This document shows, in pieces, positions 11,846 to 26,574 of a stretch of 64,000 nt of DNA (the first letter of the stretch is position 1; each line of letters opens with the position of its first letter). Both the position numbers and the translations under genes were made by a program. Under the pieces are notes generated by a model. The model was not told where the DNA came from and searched no databases. It saw only the letters and a list, made by a program, of their open reading frames with translations. The DNA comes from Octopus sinensis. Its lineage: Eukaryota. The stretch lies in the NCBI RefSeq assembly GCF_006345805.1, contig NC_043004.1:34472001-34536000 (forward strand). The letters are read 5' to 3'.

Positions 11846-14800
11846 GCAAAGGATTTACACCACAGCACAACATTTTTGAAACTATATTTCTGGTGAAATA
11901 CACTGTCTTTTAATTTGGCAAAATAATCAATAATTTGACAGAATTGGATATCAGAACATCAAGGTACATAATTAGATAGTTTAATACTTGGTATTAAATC
12001 CATCACATACTTCAGTTACGTCATTCCTCTAACAATGTAAAGTATATTAAATACATGGACTTTAAATGCCTGAAATTTCACAACTCCAAATTAAGAATAA
12101 TCCAAAAGCCAAAAACTCAGTGATGCAGTGGACTAATTTACGGCAGGTTCTCTTCCACTTCATTAACAGTTTACTTAGCTACGTAGTATGGAACTATCAG
12201 AAATCAATGCCATTAATGGCATTCAGTAACTGGTATGTGTTGGCTAACTACCTGCTTTCACTTCATCATATACTTTATAATTTTTGCTGGCATCATCCTA
12301 ATGGAATTTGATGATAGGTCACCTGTGAAATAATACAGTGTCCACAGTGTATCGTCACAAGGAAGCAGGCCATAATTATTTAAGACACCACAACCGCAAC
12401 CACCACTATTTCTATCAATGCTACCAACACCACTAATAACAACAACAACAACAGCAACTGTCATTTTCACTTTAACATGCAATTTTTTAATGTTAGTATT
12501 TAAATTTTTTCTTTTCTTTTTCTTTCTTATAAGGCCAAACATTTGGAATCTAACTTCTATAATTTCCCAGCTCGGTCCCTGTCATAGCTTCCCCCTTTTT
12601 TTTCAAAGAACTACTTCTCCTGTACACTTCATGACTGCAATGGTGAACATAGAATTAGAGAAAAGAGATACCTATATAAAAAATGGGATAGTCATGGCTG
12701 GAATGCTTTTGATCAGAGTTGGTCTGATGTCAAGCTACAATGTCAAATTAATCTGGAACACTGTGCTGGTCATATGATTCACAATTGTTTCACTTTTCTA
12801 CAAAATATTACGTATCCAATGGATCACATTCTGTTCATTTCAATCTTGAGATCATCCACCCTTAATGTACAGTAATTTCATAGAATTTTCCTTCTCTAAT
12901 AGAAGACAAACGAACCCCATATTGTCAACATGATAACATCTATTTGAACTTCTTTCATCTCATCCTTACCCTCGCTATTAGAATGGCCCCACAACCATCT
13001 ACACCATTAATTATGTTGCATAACTATCAAAAACAAAATCATCAACTACTTGCTTATTACTCACTCTTTTGATAGCGATATGTATGAGACTTACCCTGGT
13101 TCCATGATACACTTTTTTATTTGAAAGTGATATAAATTAAAACCTTCCATCAGGATTCTGTGTTAATTTATATTCTACTTGTACTTACTTGTAATTATGT
13201 AGCATTCATCTGGGATGGGTTGCGTCAGCTCTGATCAACCAGTTCCTCACATCCCTCATGAATACTAACTAAATTTGATGAATTTGACAAATGCACCACT
13301 GTGAGACCAAGTAGATCAGATAAGCACAAATGCTGCAGCTGTAGTCATCATTTGCTGTTGAGGTGTAGAGTTCACATTTGGGGTTTCAGAAGGAAAACAA
13401 GTTCACATGTGGTCCTGTTACATGCAGACACCAGATTAATAATGACGAATTTATTTTAATAAATTCTTCGTTATGTTTAGAATTGAAACAAAGGCTGTGT
13501 ATTTCAACAGAAATTTGGTAACAAAATGGTTAAGTCATGTCTAAACAACTAGTTATTTTGCTGAGAGTATGAGTTAAAGAAGTAGAAAGATAAAGCATTA
13601 TATTTTGGTGGTGGCACTGATTAAATTGGTATTTGTACTTTACATATGTGTTAAATGCTTTTATAATAGCTTATCTTTACATTAAACTTAACATTTTATA
13701 ATTAACCATTTTATATCTAACTAGTATTTTCAGGCTAGCTTGCATAATTGAAGTAAACTAAGATACCTAAGGACATATGTAACAGATTAACACAATAGCT
13801 GTGAGTTTTAATTATCTTCATTATTTTATATTCCAAAAATTATTTTGTGTGTATGAAACAAAATATCACGTGATAACACAAGATGAATTTATAAAAATGT
13901 CTTTGCTCTGGGCTGGTGTTGTTATAACTTCTACACTTTACTTAGACTTTCTGATTTCTGCAGACAGACTCATTCACTTACAATAATCTAATTGCGATTA
14001 ACGGAAGTCCGAGAGAGATTTCTCTGAAATTATTGGACATATATAAGACACTAGTAAATCTAAAAATCCAATGTTTGATGACTTGCCATCTTTAATTAGC
14101 TAATATTTCAAGTTCTGAAAATGTAAGTGGCTTGTAATTGATCATGATTACACTGCTTGCTTAAAGAGCAAACTTAACTTACGAGTATCCACAATGAGAT
14201 TAGTTAAGGAAAATACTGAGCACGAGAAAAAGTTTTATTTATTTATACCACAATTTACGATCAATAGTGTGATTGGTTCCAGGTTTCCAGTGGAGCAATC
14301 ACTGATTCACTACTTTCTAATGGCAACAATGACAAAGAAATGTGTCACCAAACTTCGTTCATAAAGTACTGCTTTTGGTTTTCTCACAGTTGTTCTCATA
14401 AATTCTGCTGGCATAAATCAATAAAAAATACATATACATTTATGCACACACACATACACACACACAAAGGAGAAATGTCTTTGCACAATATCTGTCCACT
14501 GAATTCCACTCACAGAGTAGTGGCTAATACAAGGCTACCATTGAAGACACTTGTCTCAAAAGCCCACAGGGGTACCCAACTTGAGGTTACATGGTTGCAA
14601 AGTGAATTCCTTTATAATACAGCCATTTCTGCACCAAATACTAAGAGAAAAAGCCAATAAACAAGCTAAGTGCTCTAATTTGAGACAAATGAGTAGATGA
14701 ACTTAAGGAAACTCTACTTGGCTATTTGACATCAAAAATAGGAGCCAAATTCTTCTCTAATCATATATAATAAGGAAGGGCACTTTGGATAATACAATGT

Positions 14801-15067
14801 TGGATACACTAAGTCTGTAAAGGAAGACATACAAAACAATTCTTTAACATAGATCTGCCTAATTAGGACTGACCTGGTGTGAAAGCAACAACAATTGGCA
14901 GAAATCCATGGGCAGCATCCTGCAAATAAAATTCCTTTTTCTTTGATTCTAAGGTTTTATATCAAATTCAGATGATTTGAAATTTTAATTTTGGCAGCAA
15001 ATGTTTTACCATTATTTGCACTTTTTTACACTAATTTCACTACTTTTATGTGTGTGTATGTGTGTGT

Positions 15068-15117
<50 letters not shown>

Positions 15118-18100
15118 GGCCTTGTTGCCCAGCCAGTGGAGTGGCATCTTTTGAAAGCTAAAATAATGCAAAGTGCATTTTGACCAGCGGTGTACAATGA
15201 CATCTAATAGTCTGCTCAGTCATATGATATATATATACGTACAGCATTTACTTATAAGTTGTGTGACTGATTTCTCAGTTAAAATCAAGTATAAAGTAAT
15301 GCATCTCATACAAAAGTGTGTGTGTGTGTGTGTGTGTGTGTAATTATAGACACATACACATACACAAGCCATGGTAAAGTAAAGAGACAGAAAGAGACAG
15401 TAACTGTGATAATATGGCTAAAGATACAGTTCAATGTCTTTAGTAAGATTTAAACTTATGACCTTACAGAAAATTTCCTTATTGCAACGAGTCTATTAGG
15501 TTGAACTCACAATTATTTCCCATTTTCTCTGCTTTGTTAAATCATTCTTGACCATAAAGCACCAAGACCACAGAAATTGTAGGGTGCCAGACTTAAAGAA
15601 AATACTGTATTTAGTTTCTGCATTCTGATGTTCTAAGTAATTATTCTGTTTCAGTCAACTCTGATTTGTTTCTGGAATTGATAGAATAACTATCAAATGT
15701 AAAAGGTCAATTCAATTGAGCAATCCTGTCTCTTGTAAATTGGTGGAATTCTTTCAATGACAGGAACCTATTGTTCAGATTTGTTTCTTATCTAACATCT
15801 CTATTGAAAAATACTTGTTTTATTGTGATTAATGAAGAATTACTTGGTGAAAGACGTTCTGCTTGAGATATCTGTATGTAGAATTTTATTATTTTCTTGG
15901 TTTCCTTAAAGATTCGTTTGTAGGTTTCAGTAAAAACTAGTCTTGGAGAATCCTGAAACTATTTGTTTCGAGAGTTTTAACATAGTAAAAGTTTGAAAAT
16001 CTGAAATTATACAAGTGTCTTTCAGGATGGGCACAGACTAGAGATTTATTTAAAATATATTACTGATACGAAGTGGTTGTGGATTATTTTTAACTTGGTA
16101 GTGCCAACAAGGTGTAGTCTTCCTCCTTGTCTCATCTATGGTGAATGGAATAAATAAACTTTCAGAAGAGAAGTATTTAATGAAGGTTCCTTTTAAAATG
16201 TGTGGTGTTTTCTTTTGACAAACTAACATATTCAAACTGCTATTGTGTTGCCCATCATAACTACTAGAAATTAAAACCTCATCACTGTTTCTGCTTACCA
16301 GAGCTTACCATTTTCTCCACAGTATTTGCTATAATTAAGGTGAATATTATAACTTTAATGCAGTTATCTTTATGAATGATACAGTGTCATATGAATCATG
16401 AACAGCAGCAAAGGCAGAGAACTCACTGTAAATAAAGCCAATAAGTTTAGACAATAGGATCCCAGCTGGAAATTTAAATGAGACTCTGGTTTCAGTTTAC
16501 TGTGAAATTACTTGGGAGATATGATATAGTTGGGACATCTTAATGTATATCGTATTTATTGAAGCATTATACACTATAAGAGAGATTTAGAATATTTGAT
16601 TCAACACATTCAACACTATTGCAACACATACGAACAGATGGTTGTATACTGCTTATTTACAAAGATACAAATCTTTTCATAACCAAATAAAACATTTCTA
16701 TCGGCATGTTTGGGATTTTTTAACTTCTTAGAAATGGTAAAGTCTTGATCACAGGTGATCCTTGTTTACTTTGAAATGAAATACACCTAGAAATAAAATG
16801 CAATGCAATATTGCCTCAAAGAAATAGAACTGATATGTTTTTTTTTTCCTTTTAAATCTTCCATATATAATCAAATTAACCTGCCTGAAGAAGAGCTTAA
16901 CATGTTTTACTCAGGAAATTTTGTTTTCTACTTGATATATGCATAATATGTTCTTACACTGGAATATTTTTTATTATAATCTCCACAGATATGAAGCTTT
17001 TGTGAAAAATGAATTCTTTTTATGAGTTGTTTAATCCCTTGAAGCAGAAGATAATACAATATGTTCTGAGGGATCAAAATTCTTAAATGATAGAAATGTA
17101 AATTAAAATAAAACAAATTATATATACATATATGTTTTTATAAATTGAGTTATTGCAGGGGGAAGATGTGTAACAGGGATTAAATAAATAAACAACAATG
17201 ATAGTGATTTATAGTTGACTGTAATCATGGAAAAATAAACCTGAGGACAAAGTCTTGCTATGAAGAACCGGATAATTCTTTCAAAAGTAGGTTTAATAAA
17301 GAAGAAAGCAGTAGAAAAGACTAACATGAGTGGAACTATTGAGTTGATAAGCCAAAATTTAGCTGTAAGAAAATATGTGAACAATAAATATTAAAAGTAT
17401 GGCAACATTCTGAAGGATATTAAATCCTTAGTAGCAGAAATAGGGAGATTAAGGTGAAGAGTTTTTAAGAGAAATAGAAATATTACATATTTATTTTTCA
17501 TATATATTACTGAGTAAAATCATTGGAATCTATTCTATCTATAATAATATTCCAATTTACATAAAAGGCAAAACACTTTACTTTACATTTAACTTAGAAA
17601 AGGTGCTGTTTGGATTCCATAGCTTGTGAAATCAGTAATTACTAAATAAAATAACTTTTAATTCATTCAGATATTCAAATTTATAAAAAAACTGCCAAAC
17701 TTCATCAATAAGTAGAATAAAAGAAAAGGCTAAATATCTTATGTCTTCAGTAAGACATCTGCTTCTGTCTCTCTATCATAATTTCTTATCCTTCAATGCT
17801 GTATCTCAGTTATGTGAAGGGTATGTCTTGCAGATACTTGGTGACCTCACCAGTACTGGTGCCATGGAAAAAGTACCCAATATACCCTGAAGTGGTTGGT
17901 GTTAGAAAACCTGCCAAGGCAGACATTGAAACTTGGTGCCGTCATCTGGTTTATCTGCTTATGTCAAACCATCCAACCAATGTGCAACATGGAGAACAGA
18001 GATTAAATGATGATGATGATGATGATGATATAAAAAAAATCTCATAAAAATCTAACAAGAAATTTTTTCTACTATCCTCAAGATACAATATCATTTAAAG

Positions 18101-18492
18101 GTGACAGTGAATTCTAGTTTTTATAAATTTGTGCTGGAACCAGGAGATATCTCCTGCCTGAAAGTGAATTTAAGACAGTTATAGGATTAACTCTATAAAA
18201 GATCAGCTACATTCAATAAACTCAAAAAAGTGATAGATATGAAATTAAGAAACCAGCTTAAAACTTTACAAAACGTTTTATTATGTATTCGTGGACTACA
18301 CTTCCATTGCTATAGTTGCAGATTGTATAACAGTCTCTCTGAAATAACAGTCTACAATTCTCTACCAATGTGATTCCTGATAGACTGGTTTACTATCTAA
18401 AAGAAAGATGTAATACATTATCACTGAGGCTGTTGAGAGCTGTAACATCTTCGGTTACATCAGCTAAAATAGCGAAAGACAAAACATACTTA

Positions 18493-18723
18493 TTTTTTTA
18501 ATGCCCACAAGGGACTAAACACAGAGGGACAAACAAGGATTGACAAACGGATTAAGTCGATTACATCGACCCCAGTGCACAACTGGTACTTAATTTATCG
18601 GCCCCGAAAGGATGAAAAGCAAAGTCGACCTCGGCGGAATTTGAACTCAAAACGTAACGGCAGACAAAATACTGCTAAGCATTTCGCCCGGCATGCTAAC
18701 ATTTCTGCCAGCTCTCCGCCTTC
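18493..18723 (-). mobile_element. SINE family B with 14-bp TSD
   Basis: Same family as 9078-9308; ACAAAACATACTTA at 18479-18492 and 18724-18737. Confidence 0.9.
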
Positions 18724-19334
18724 ACAAAACATACTTAACTAATGACTAAAGTTAGTATAGCAAGCAATAATCATACAAAGCACAGTTCACAGACAACCCA
18801 TATTCCTTTGTAATAACTGAAAAACATTTCTCAAGAAAATAGCTTTTTCTTTTGATTTTGTAGAAGATTCGAGTCACTGAGAAAACTTTACTTCTTTAAA
18901 AGGAGGGCAGCAGTGAAACGGATGCTGCTTTGCAAGCATTTTGATTTGACAAGTAGCATGTTATATTTGAGCTGCTGTCTGTAGCACATCATAACTATTA
19001 TGGCTGTTGCATTCATTATTGTATGGTAAAATTACTGTTTTACCAGTTAATTTCTAAAAGGTATGTTTTAAGCTTGCTTTCCAACCACATGCTTGCATAA
19101 ATTTATTCATTGCAGTTCTTCCTGTCTGGATAATTTTCTTGTTGCCATGGCTTTTAAGGTTAAATTCTCTTGCTATCAGCAACCCCTTTGCAGTTTCACT
19201 AGATGCATGCTGGTGTGTTACTGCTGGCACTAGAGAAGATGTCTGCTACAAGACTAAAAAGTCTCAGTACCCTGTATTAAGTCTTGGTACTACAACCTTT
19301 CTAGAAAAGTTATTAGTGAACTCAGCATTTCATT

Positions 19335-20045
19335 TGTTTCAGGAAGACATGGGATGAGGTAGTCAAGCATGACCTTCGAACGTTGGGCCTCACAGAGGCA
19401 ATGATGAAAGACCGAGATCTCTGGAGGTATGCTGTGACTGCAAAGATCCGACAAATAATGTGAGTTCATGGCTGCTTCCTGCACCAGTTTCGCATAGCCC
19501 CAGCCCATCCAAAGTACCTTGGATTGCAGAACGATCTGCTGTGCTTACCTTGGATCGTAGGGTGACCTGCTGTGCTTGAGGAGACCTATTGAGTCAAGTA
19601 GATCAACATCAAAATAAATATCAAATGGAAATTGTAGTTGTGATACTTGTGCCAGTGGCACGTAAAAAGCAACATCCGAACGTGGCTGATGCCAGCACCA
19701 CCTAGACAGGCTTCTGTGCTGGTGGCACTTAAAAAGCACCAACCGATCATGGCCACTGCCAGCCTCCCCAGGCACCTGTGCCAGTGGTACGTAAAGAGCA
19801 CCAACCGATCGTGGCCACTGCCAGCCTCCCCTGGCACATGTGCCAGTGGCATGTAAAAGGCACCCACTACATTCATGGAGAGGTTGGCGTTAAGAAGGGC
19901 ATCCAGCTGCAGAAACACTGCCAGATCAGACTGGAGCCTGGTGCAGCCTTCTGGCTTCCCAGACCCCGATCGAACCGTCCAGCCCATGCTAGCATGGAAA
20001 ACGGACGTTAAACAATGATGATGATGATGATGATGATGATGATGT
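19335..20045 (+). mobile_element. RTE LINE 3' fragment with tandem 3'UTR units and (GAT)n tail
   Basis: RKTWDEVVKHDLRTLGLTEAM..DRDLWR remnant; ~60-bp GGCACGTAAAAAGCAC units; (GAT)n end. Confidence 0.85.
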
Positions 20046-20994
20046 TCACACACTCTGCATCAGTCAATGCTTATTCCAGATTTCTGTTGGGTGGGGCTTG
20101 TCTATACCAAGTACCCACAGTGGAAGTTGGGGGACATTCTCATTTATATTGAAAAAACATAACAAGAAACAGAATTATTGGTTGTTGCACTTTTAAAATA
20201 TGCAATAAAATTATTGATGTTGATGAGTCACTTTAATTTATGTTCTTAGTTGGATGGAATTCTTTAGCTACAGGTGAAAACAGACAGAAACATGGCTTCC
20301 CAACCCCAGGGTTTTGGGTTCAGTTGCACAGTGTGGCATCTTGGGAAAATTTTATTTACTATAGTCTCAGACTGACCAAAGCCTTGTGAATGGATGGAAA
20401 CTGAAGGAAGCCATTCTCCCCCATCTTTTTTTCTCCCCTTCACCATTTTCTATCTGTCTCTCTCTCCCTCTCTTCCTCTTTTTTCTCTCCCATTGCTCAC
20501 ACATGACCATCGTCTATCTTTCTTTTCTTCATGTGACCATCTTTCATTTCCTCCAGGACGTCCTAAGGACTGGACGTTTTTTATCTCTCTGCTATCTTTA
20601 CACTTTTCAAAGAAAGTATTTTCTCCCAGCGTTCATTTTTTAACCCTCGATCTGCTCTGACTGGTCTAACAACCTTGTATGTTTGTTTTCATTCACTTTC
20701 CTTTTATGTCTTGACTATCCTGATTTTGTTCCCAACTTTGACCCTCCATAAATCCCAAATTTTATTTTAGAATGGGAGCAACTGTCTTTGAAGACTCATA
20801 TTGTCATTGAATACTCGAAATGAGGAGTAGATAGACAGATGACAACTGATGATGGGTCGTTCTTTGTGTTACTTGTTCCGTTTTCCATTTTTTCCTCTCA
20901 TTGTTTGTATATTTAACTCATTTGTTTTCGTATCTCATTTTGTTTACTGTTGGTGACGCCCTGTACCCATATATGCATATACATTTATATATCT

Positions 20995-21399
20995 CTCTTT
21001 TACTTGTTCAGTCATTTGACTGTGGCCATGCTGGAGCACCACCTTTAGTTGAGCAAATCAACCCCGGGACTTATTCTTTGTAAGCCCAGTACTTATTCTA
21101 TCGGTCTCTTTTGCCAAACCACTAAGTTGCAGGGACGTAAACATACTGCCATCAGTTGTCAAACGATGTTGTGGGGAAAAACACAGACACACAAACATAG
21201 ACACACACACATACATATATATATATACACATATATACGACAGGCTTTTTTCAGTTCCCTCTACCAAATCCACTCACAAGGCTTTGGTCAGCCCAAAGCT
21301 ATAGTAGAAGACACTTGCCCAAGGTGCCATGCAGTGGGAATGAACCCGGAACCATATGGCTGGTAAGCAAGCTACTTACCACACAGCCACTCCTGCACC

Positions 21400-21400
<1 letters not shown>
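20995..21400 (-). mobile_element. SINE family A
   Basis: Reverse complement of 3203-3620. Confidence 0.9.
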
Positions 21401-21470
<70 letters not shown>

Positions 21471-21550
21471 TATATATATATATTATTTATATTATTATTT
21501 AACTGAATGAATGCCATGCATCCATTTCCAAGTAAGTTTTTATGCATATT

Positions 21551-21585
<35 letters not shown>

Positions 21586-21619
21586 ATATACTCACACACA
21601 CTCACACACATAAATCTAT

Positions 21620-21858
21620 ATAGGTGTATGTATCTTTGTATCAGTGTTTGTTTCCCATCCCTACTTGACAACTGGTGTGGCTGTGTTTAGTTCCCCATGA
21701 CTTAGCAGTTCAGCAAAAGAAACTGATAGAACAAGTATCAGGCTTAAAAAGAAATAAGTCCTGGCATTAATTCATTCAATTAAAAATTCACCAAGGTGGT
21801 GCCCCAGTATGGCCACAGTCTAATGACTGAAACAAGTAAATGGTAAAAGATTAAAGAT
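21620..21858 (+). mobile_element. SINE family A, 3' half
   Basis: CTTGACAAC..CTTAGCAGTTCAGCAAAAGA..TGACTGAAACAAGTAAA. Confidence 0.75.
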
Positions 21859-22087
21859 AGTGAAACTCAGTTTTGCATATATCCAACTTGCTTCACAGAA
21901 TTATTAAGAACAGAATCATAGAAATAATTGACACCCTAGTTAACTACTACAGCTCCTGTCTTGCCTTTGTTTGTATATCTGCACCAACTATTGATTATAT
22001 GAGAGGACAGAAGTGGAACCAATATGAAATGAGATTGGTGGTTGCTCTGTATCATATGAAATAAAAATGTATTGTTGTCAGGGAATT

Positions 22088-22392
22088 GTGGAGGCACATG
22101 GCCTAGTGGTTAGAGCAGCGGACTTGCAGTTGAAGGATCGTGGGTTTGAATCTCAGACTGGGTGATGTGTGTGTTTATGAGCGAAACACCTAAGCTCCAC
22201 ACAGCTCTGGCAGAAGGTAATGCCGAACTTCTGCTGACTCTTTCACCACAACTTTCTCTCACTCTTACTTCCTGCATCTTGCAGCTCACCTGTGATGAAC
22301 TGGCATCCCATCCAGGTGGGGAAACTATATGCGAAGGAAACCGAGAAACTGGCCCTTATGAGCCAGGCATGGCTCAAGAACGAACAAAAACA
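22088..22392 (+). mobile_element. tRNA-derived SINE family C (V-domain-like)
   Basis: TGGCCTAGTGGTTAG A box, GGTTTGAATCT B box, CCTGTGATGAACTGGCATCCCATCCAGG motif. Confidence 0.75.
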
Positions 22393-23052
22393 GTTGTCGG
22401 GGAATTGCTTCAATGTTTCTTTTGACAGAATTTGCATAATTTGTTAGCTTAACTTTCCATATGTGTGTGTGTGTGTGTGTGTGAATGCACATATATTTAT
22501 GTAATGTAAGATTGTATTTAGTGAAACCTCTGTGTGTTCCTTATGCAGCACTTAGTATGAATCCCTGGGTATCTACACATGAAAACTTGTTTAATGAAAT
22601 TTACTGGTGCAGGAAATTCAGGTGTCTTTTACTGAAAGAATGATTCAGCATGTATTATTGTAGAGTAACAGATGAGGTGAAGATATCGGCATAGCATAAA
22701 TTTAATATTGCTAACAATTGTTTCGATATTATCCTGCTTTGACCTGTATTAGACACTGATGTGTAATAGACAAGACTTGTGTATCATAATTGAATAAAAT
22801 TGCGCCCAACTGATATCATCATCTTTATACACACACGTATGTGTGTGTATGGATGTATAAATAAATAATTAAATAACTAAATAAATGAATAAACCAGCCA
22901 GTTAATACCAGCATGGACAATGGATGTTAAAAGACGATGATGATGATGATGATGATATATCAATACATATACATATATATGGATATATATATATATATAT
23001 ATATATATAGATATATATATGTATATATACATTTACATATATACATATATAT

Positions 23053-23250
23053 ACAGGGGGAGTTCACAAAAAAAAAACAAAAGATGAAGACAGGTGGTGT
23101 ACAAAACAAACAGATGTATTAGTATAATGTTCAGGAATTGAAAAAGTCTTTTACGTTTCGAGCCTACGCTCTTCTACAGAAAGGGACACAGTAAAAAAAA
23201 AACAAGGAGAGAAAAAAAATGTGTGTTGTGGCTACCGATCTATCATGGCA
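23053..23250 (-). mobile_element. ~200-bp repeat with variant hammerhead-like fold
   Basis: Minus strand 23148-23183: CTTT-CTGTAGAA-GAGC(GTAG)GCTC-GAAA-CG-TA-AAAG; copies at 31682-31822 and 42301-42492. Confidence 0.65.
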
Positions 23251-23251
23251 A

Positions 23252-23252
<1 letters not shown>

Positions 23253-23282
<30 letters not shown>

Positions 23283-23500
23283 TGTATGTATGTGTATGTA
23301 TGTATGTATGTATGCATGCATGTATGTATGTATGTATGTATGTATGTATGTATTTATGTATGTATGTATGTATTTATGTATGCATGCATGTATGTATGTA
23401 TGTATGTATGTTTGTATGTATGTATGTATGCATGCATGCATGTATGTATGCAGGTTTGTATGTATGTATGTTTGTATGTATGTATATGCATATATGTATG
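23253..23500. repeat. (TATG)n microsatellite
   Basis: Direct reading. Confidence 0.95.
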
Positions 23501-23504
23501 AGAT

Positions 23505-24546
23505 AGCCCCGCTCAATATGTAAGGAGCGTGTTGGTAGAATTTCCATGCATTGTACCCAGTGCAAGCTTTGCATATGTAAAAGGTGTAGTAGTATCAGAG
23601 GAAGGTTAACAGAGAAAATAGTCTTTGTGTGTGGTAAATGTGTGGGCACAATATACACAAGAAATACAGACGAAAGACTCCCTCAAATGGTTGATGGGAT
23701 CATTAGAAGTAGTAAATAGCTTCTGTTACCTAGGAGACCAAGTTAGCAGTGGAGGAGGGAGTTCTGAACGTGTAGTTGCTAGAATAAGAATGGACTAGGC
23801 AAAGTTCAGAGAGCTTCTACCTTTGTCGGTAACTAAGGGCCGCTCCCTCAGAGAGAAAGGCACATTGTATGATGGCCATGTACGTACAGCTATGTTACAT
23901 GGCAGTGAAACATGGACTTCGACTGCCGAGGACTTGTGAGGGCTTGAAAGAAATGAAGTTAGCATGCTCTGCTGAATGGTAACGTCAGTGTGCATGCACA
24001 ACAGAGTGGAAATGATTTAAGAGGAGAACTGGGTAGAAGAGGCATCAGACGTTGTGGTTTGGTCATGTGATGCATGTGGATGAGGACAGCTGTGTAAAGA
24101 AGTGCCAAACTCTGACTGTGGAGGGTGCCTGTGGAAGAGGTAGACCCAGGAAGATGTAAGACAAATTGGTGCAAAAGGACCTTTGGACACTGGGCCGCCC
24201 TGAGGAAATGACAAGGCACCAGGAGTTGTGGTGAGTTGCTGTACTTGAGAAGATGCATCAAGCTAAGTAAAGTCGCTGCCATCCATACATACAAGCTTGT
24301 CTTTACATGGGCTGGTGCCACCTAAAATGGACTCGTGCTGGTGCTGTGTAAATGCACCCATGCCAGTGGCACATTAAAAAGCACTTAGCACACTCTGTAA
24401 AGTGGTTGGCATGTTAGGAAGGGCATCCAGTTATAGAAACGATGGCAGAAGAGACAACTGGAATCTGGACAGCTCCTGTCAAACTGTCCAACCCATGCCA
24501 GGATGGAAAATAGACATTAAAAAATGGTGATGATGATGATGATGAT
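23505..24546 (+). mobile_element. Older decayed RTE LINE 3' portion
   Basis: LEVVNSFCYLGDQVSSGG, MLHGSETW, GRGRPRK remnants; 3'UTR motif and (GAT)n tail; homologous to 34122-36183. Confidence 0.85.
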
Positions 24547-26574
24547 ATATGTATATTGTGTGTGTGTGTGTATATATTGCACCCCCCCCATATATATATA
24601 TATATATATATATATTTCATTTAAAATTCATATATCCAACAGGCAAAGGTTTGATGGTTTGATAGGGTTCAAACTCTTGGAGGAATGGTTTGTGCTCTGA
24701 AAAAGACAGAAAAATGAAAATTTAAGACTTTTCAAGCAAATATATTAATCCTTTTAATACTAACTTTCCTAAGAATGCTTCTGGTTCAAACTTCCAATCA
24801 AATTTCATCTTAGTTTAATATTTCAAACAATATTGAGTTATTTTATTAAATTCTCCATTGTTTTAAACATTGAATGAAACAAAGACAGTACATTTCAACA
24901 GAGTTAAAGAATTATACCTTCTTGTTTTTGTTTTTGAATTACCAATTTGAGATTCTAAAAGAACACCAGACTACCTGGACTTGAACCAGATCACTATTGT
25001 TTGCATCATTGTATTTATGCACACCCACTGTATTTTCTCCAACCTATTTTCTCCATATGCCAACTTTGCATATTGATGGTTATTATACAGTTAAACTTTT
25101 CTTCATTCTTCTCCCTTCAAAGATATACAACCTGGCACCTATAGACAGTAAAATAATATATTGATTGAAATGTTAGCAAAAAAAAGAAAAATGATATACA
25201 ACATAAATAAGAGTAATGAAAAGGAAAAAGTGATGATAACAGTCTGAAAACTGAATTATTGATTGAAGGCAATATCTCAACTAAAAAATAGAGAAGTATA
25301 ATTACCAGAGGCTAAAATAGAAACTAAATTGAACTGACAGATATCGAAGCATAAATTTGAATGTACTTGTAAAAACGTTGCTGAACATAATCCACAATGG
25401 TTAATGATAGTGTCTGCTTCATATATGTAATCAATAAGGAATTTACTCAGACACAAATATTCTGTGTCCATTTGACTGTTCTTTGATTTATGAATGATGA
25501 GAGTCTAGCTAAATTGATGACCTTTCAACTTCAAGATGGTGGATGGGAGAGAGAAGAAAAACTATCATAATTCCTTATTTACTATTTGTGATGAAGTCGA
25601 TGCTAATGCTTATTCTGTAGCAACTTTAGTTTTCTAATTGATCAGCTTCACAACTCTACAGATGCAAATTGACAGACTGTTTAGTAAATTTCTTTCTTCA
25701 TAAACAATATAAGAAAAATCATGCCTTCAGATTAAAAGGCCGCAAACATTGACTCCATAAAACATCTAAGGTTAAATGTTGTTTGACCTTCTTCAACAAA
25801 GTAATACAGCAAAATATAGAAGTCGATTAGAAAAATTATCAGCAATTTGAAGCTATATTATAGATATATTTGAATTGAATTGAAATCATTCTAAGATTGC
25901 ACATATGCATATGTCATAATAGATATCTCTAACTTTAATATGTATGTGATCAAGGAAGTCTGTATACTAGAAGAGAATATGTTAGATTTTAATGCAGAAA
26001 TTATTTGTTATTCTGTAATTCCATTAAAAATATTTCTCATTGATTATTCAATATCCATTGTGGCTGTTTTAGGAATGTAATTTAGAAGCCAAAAATAAAC
26101 CTAACACAACTGAAAGAAAGGTTTCTTGTATTGGCACAAAAGCAAATGTTTATAAAGGATGTGATAGAATGCAAAATGCATAAGGTATCAAAGTTTTGAG
26201 TTCAAATGTTCTTGTGTTTTCTTGTTATTTCCAAATTTCTGCACAGATGTCTCACCTCCCCTAAGAATAGATACTGGATCATGTTGCATGGTACGATCAA
26301 AAGACTAAAACCCTATACAATGTAAGCTTTTTCTCTCTTTTGCTTTTATCAGTAAATGTAGGGCAATCCCTCACAAATACATTGTGGCTCAGGTGGAATT
26401 TATATTATATTATAAATTTGTTTTAAAGGAGTTTGGTCATTAGAATCCACCAAAGTTTGCTTTCATATCTGGAACAGCACAGTTATTACACATGCAGACA
26501 TTGTGGCCTGCATCAGTTTGGCATAAAGTTGTTTGTCTTTAATTAATTAGATTTACTGACATTTGTGGAATTTT

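Noticed and set aside
12263-12321. Minus-strand exon-like segment (DDASKNYKVYDEVKA)
   Set aside because: The best acceptor gives stops in all three frames; the donor is weak
20785-20865. CTGATGA motif in a pyrimidine-rich repeat
   Set aside because: No downstream GAAA or stems in this copy
22088-22170. tRNA-like sequence, as in the other SINE heads
   Set aside because: No full cloverleaf; continues into SINE body, so not a tRNA gene
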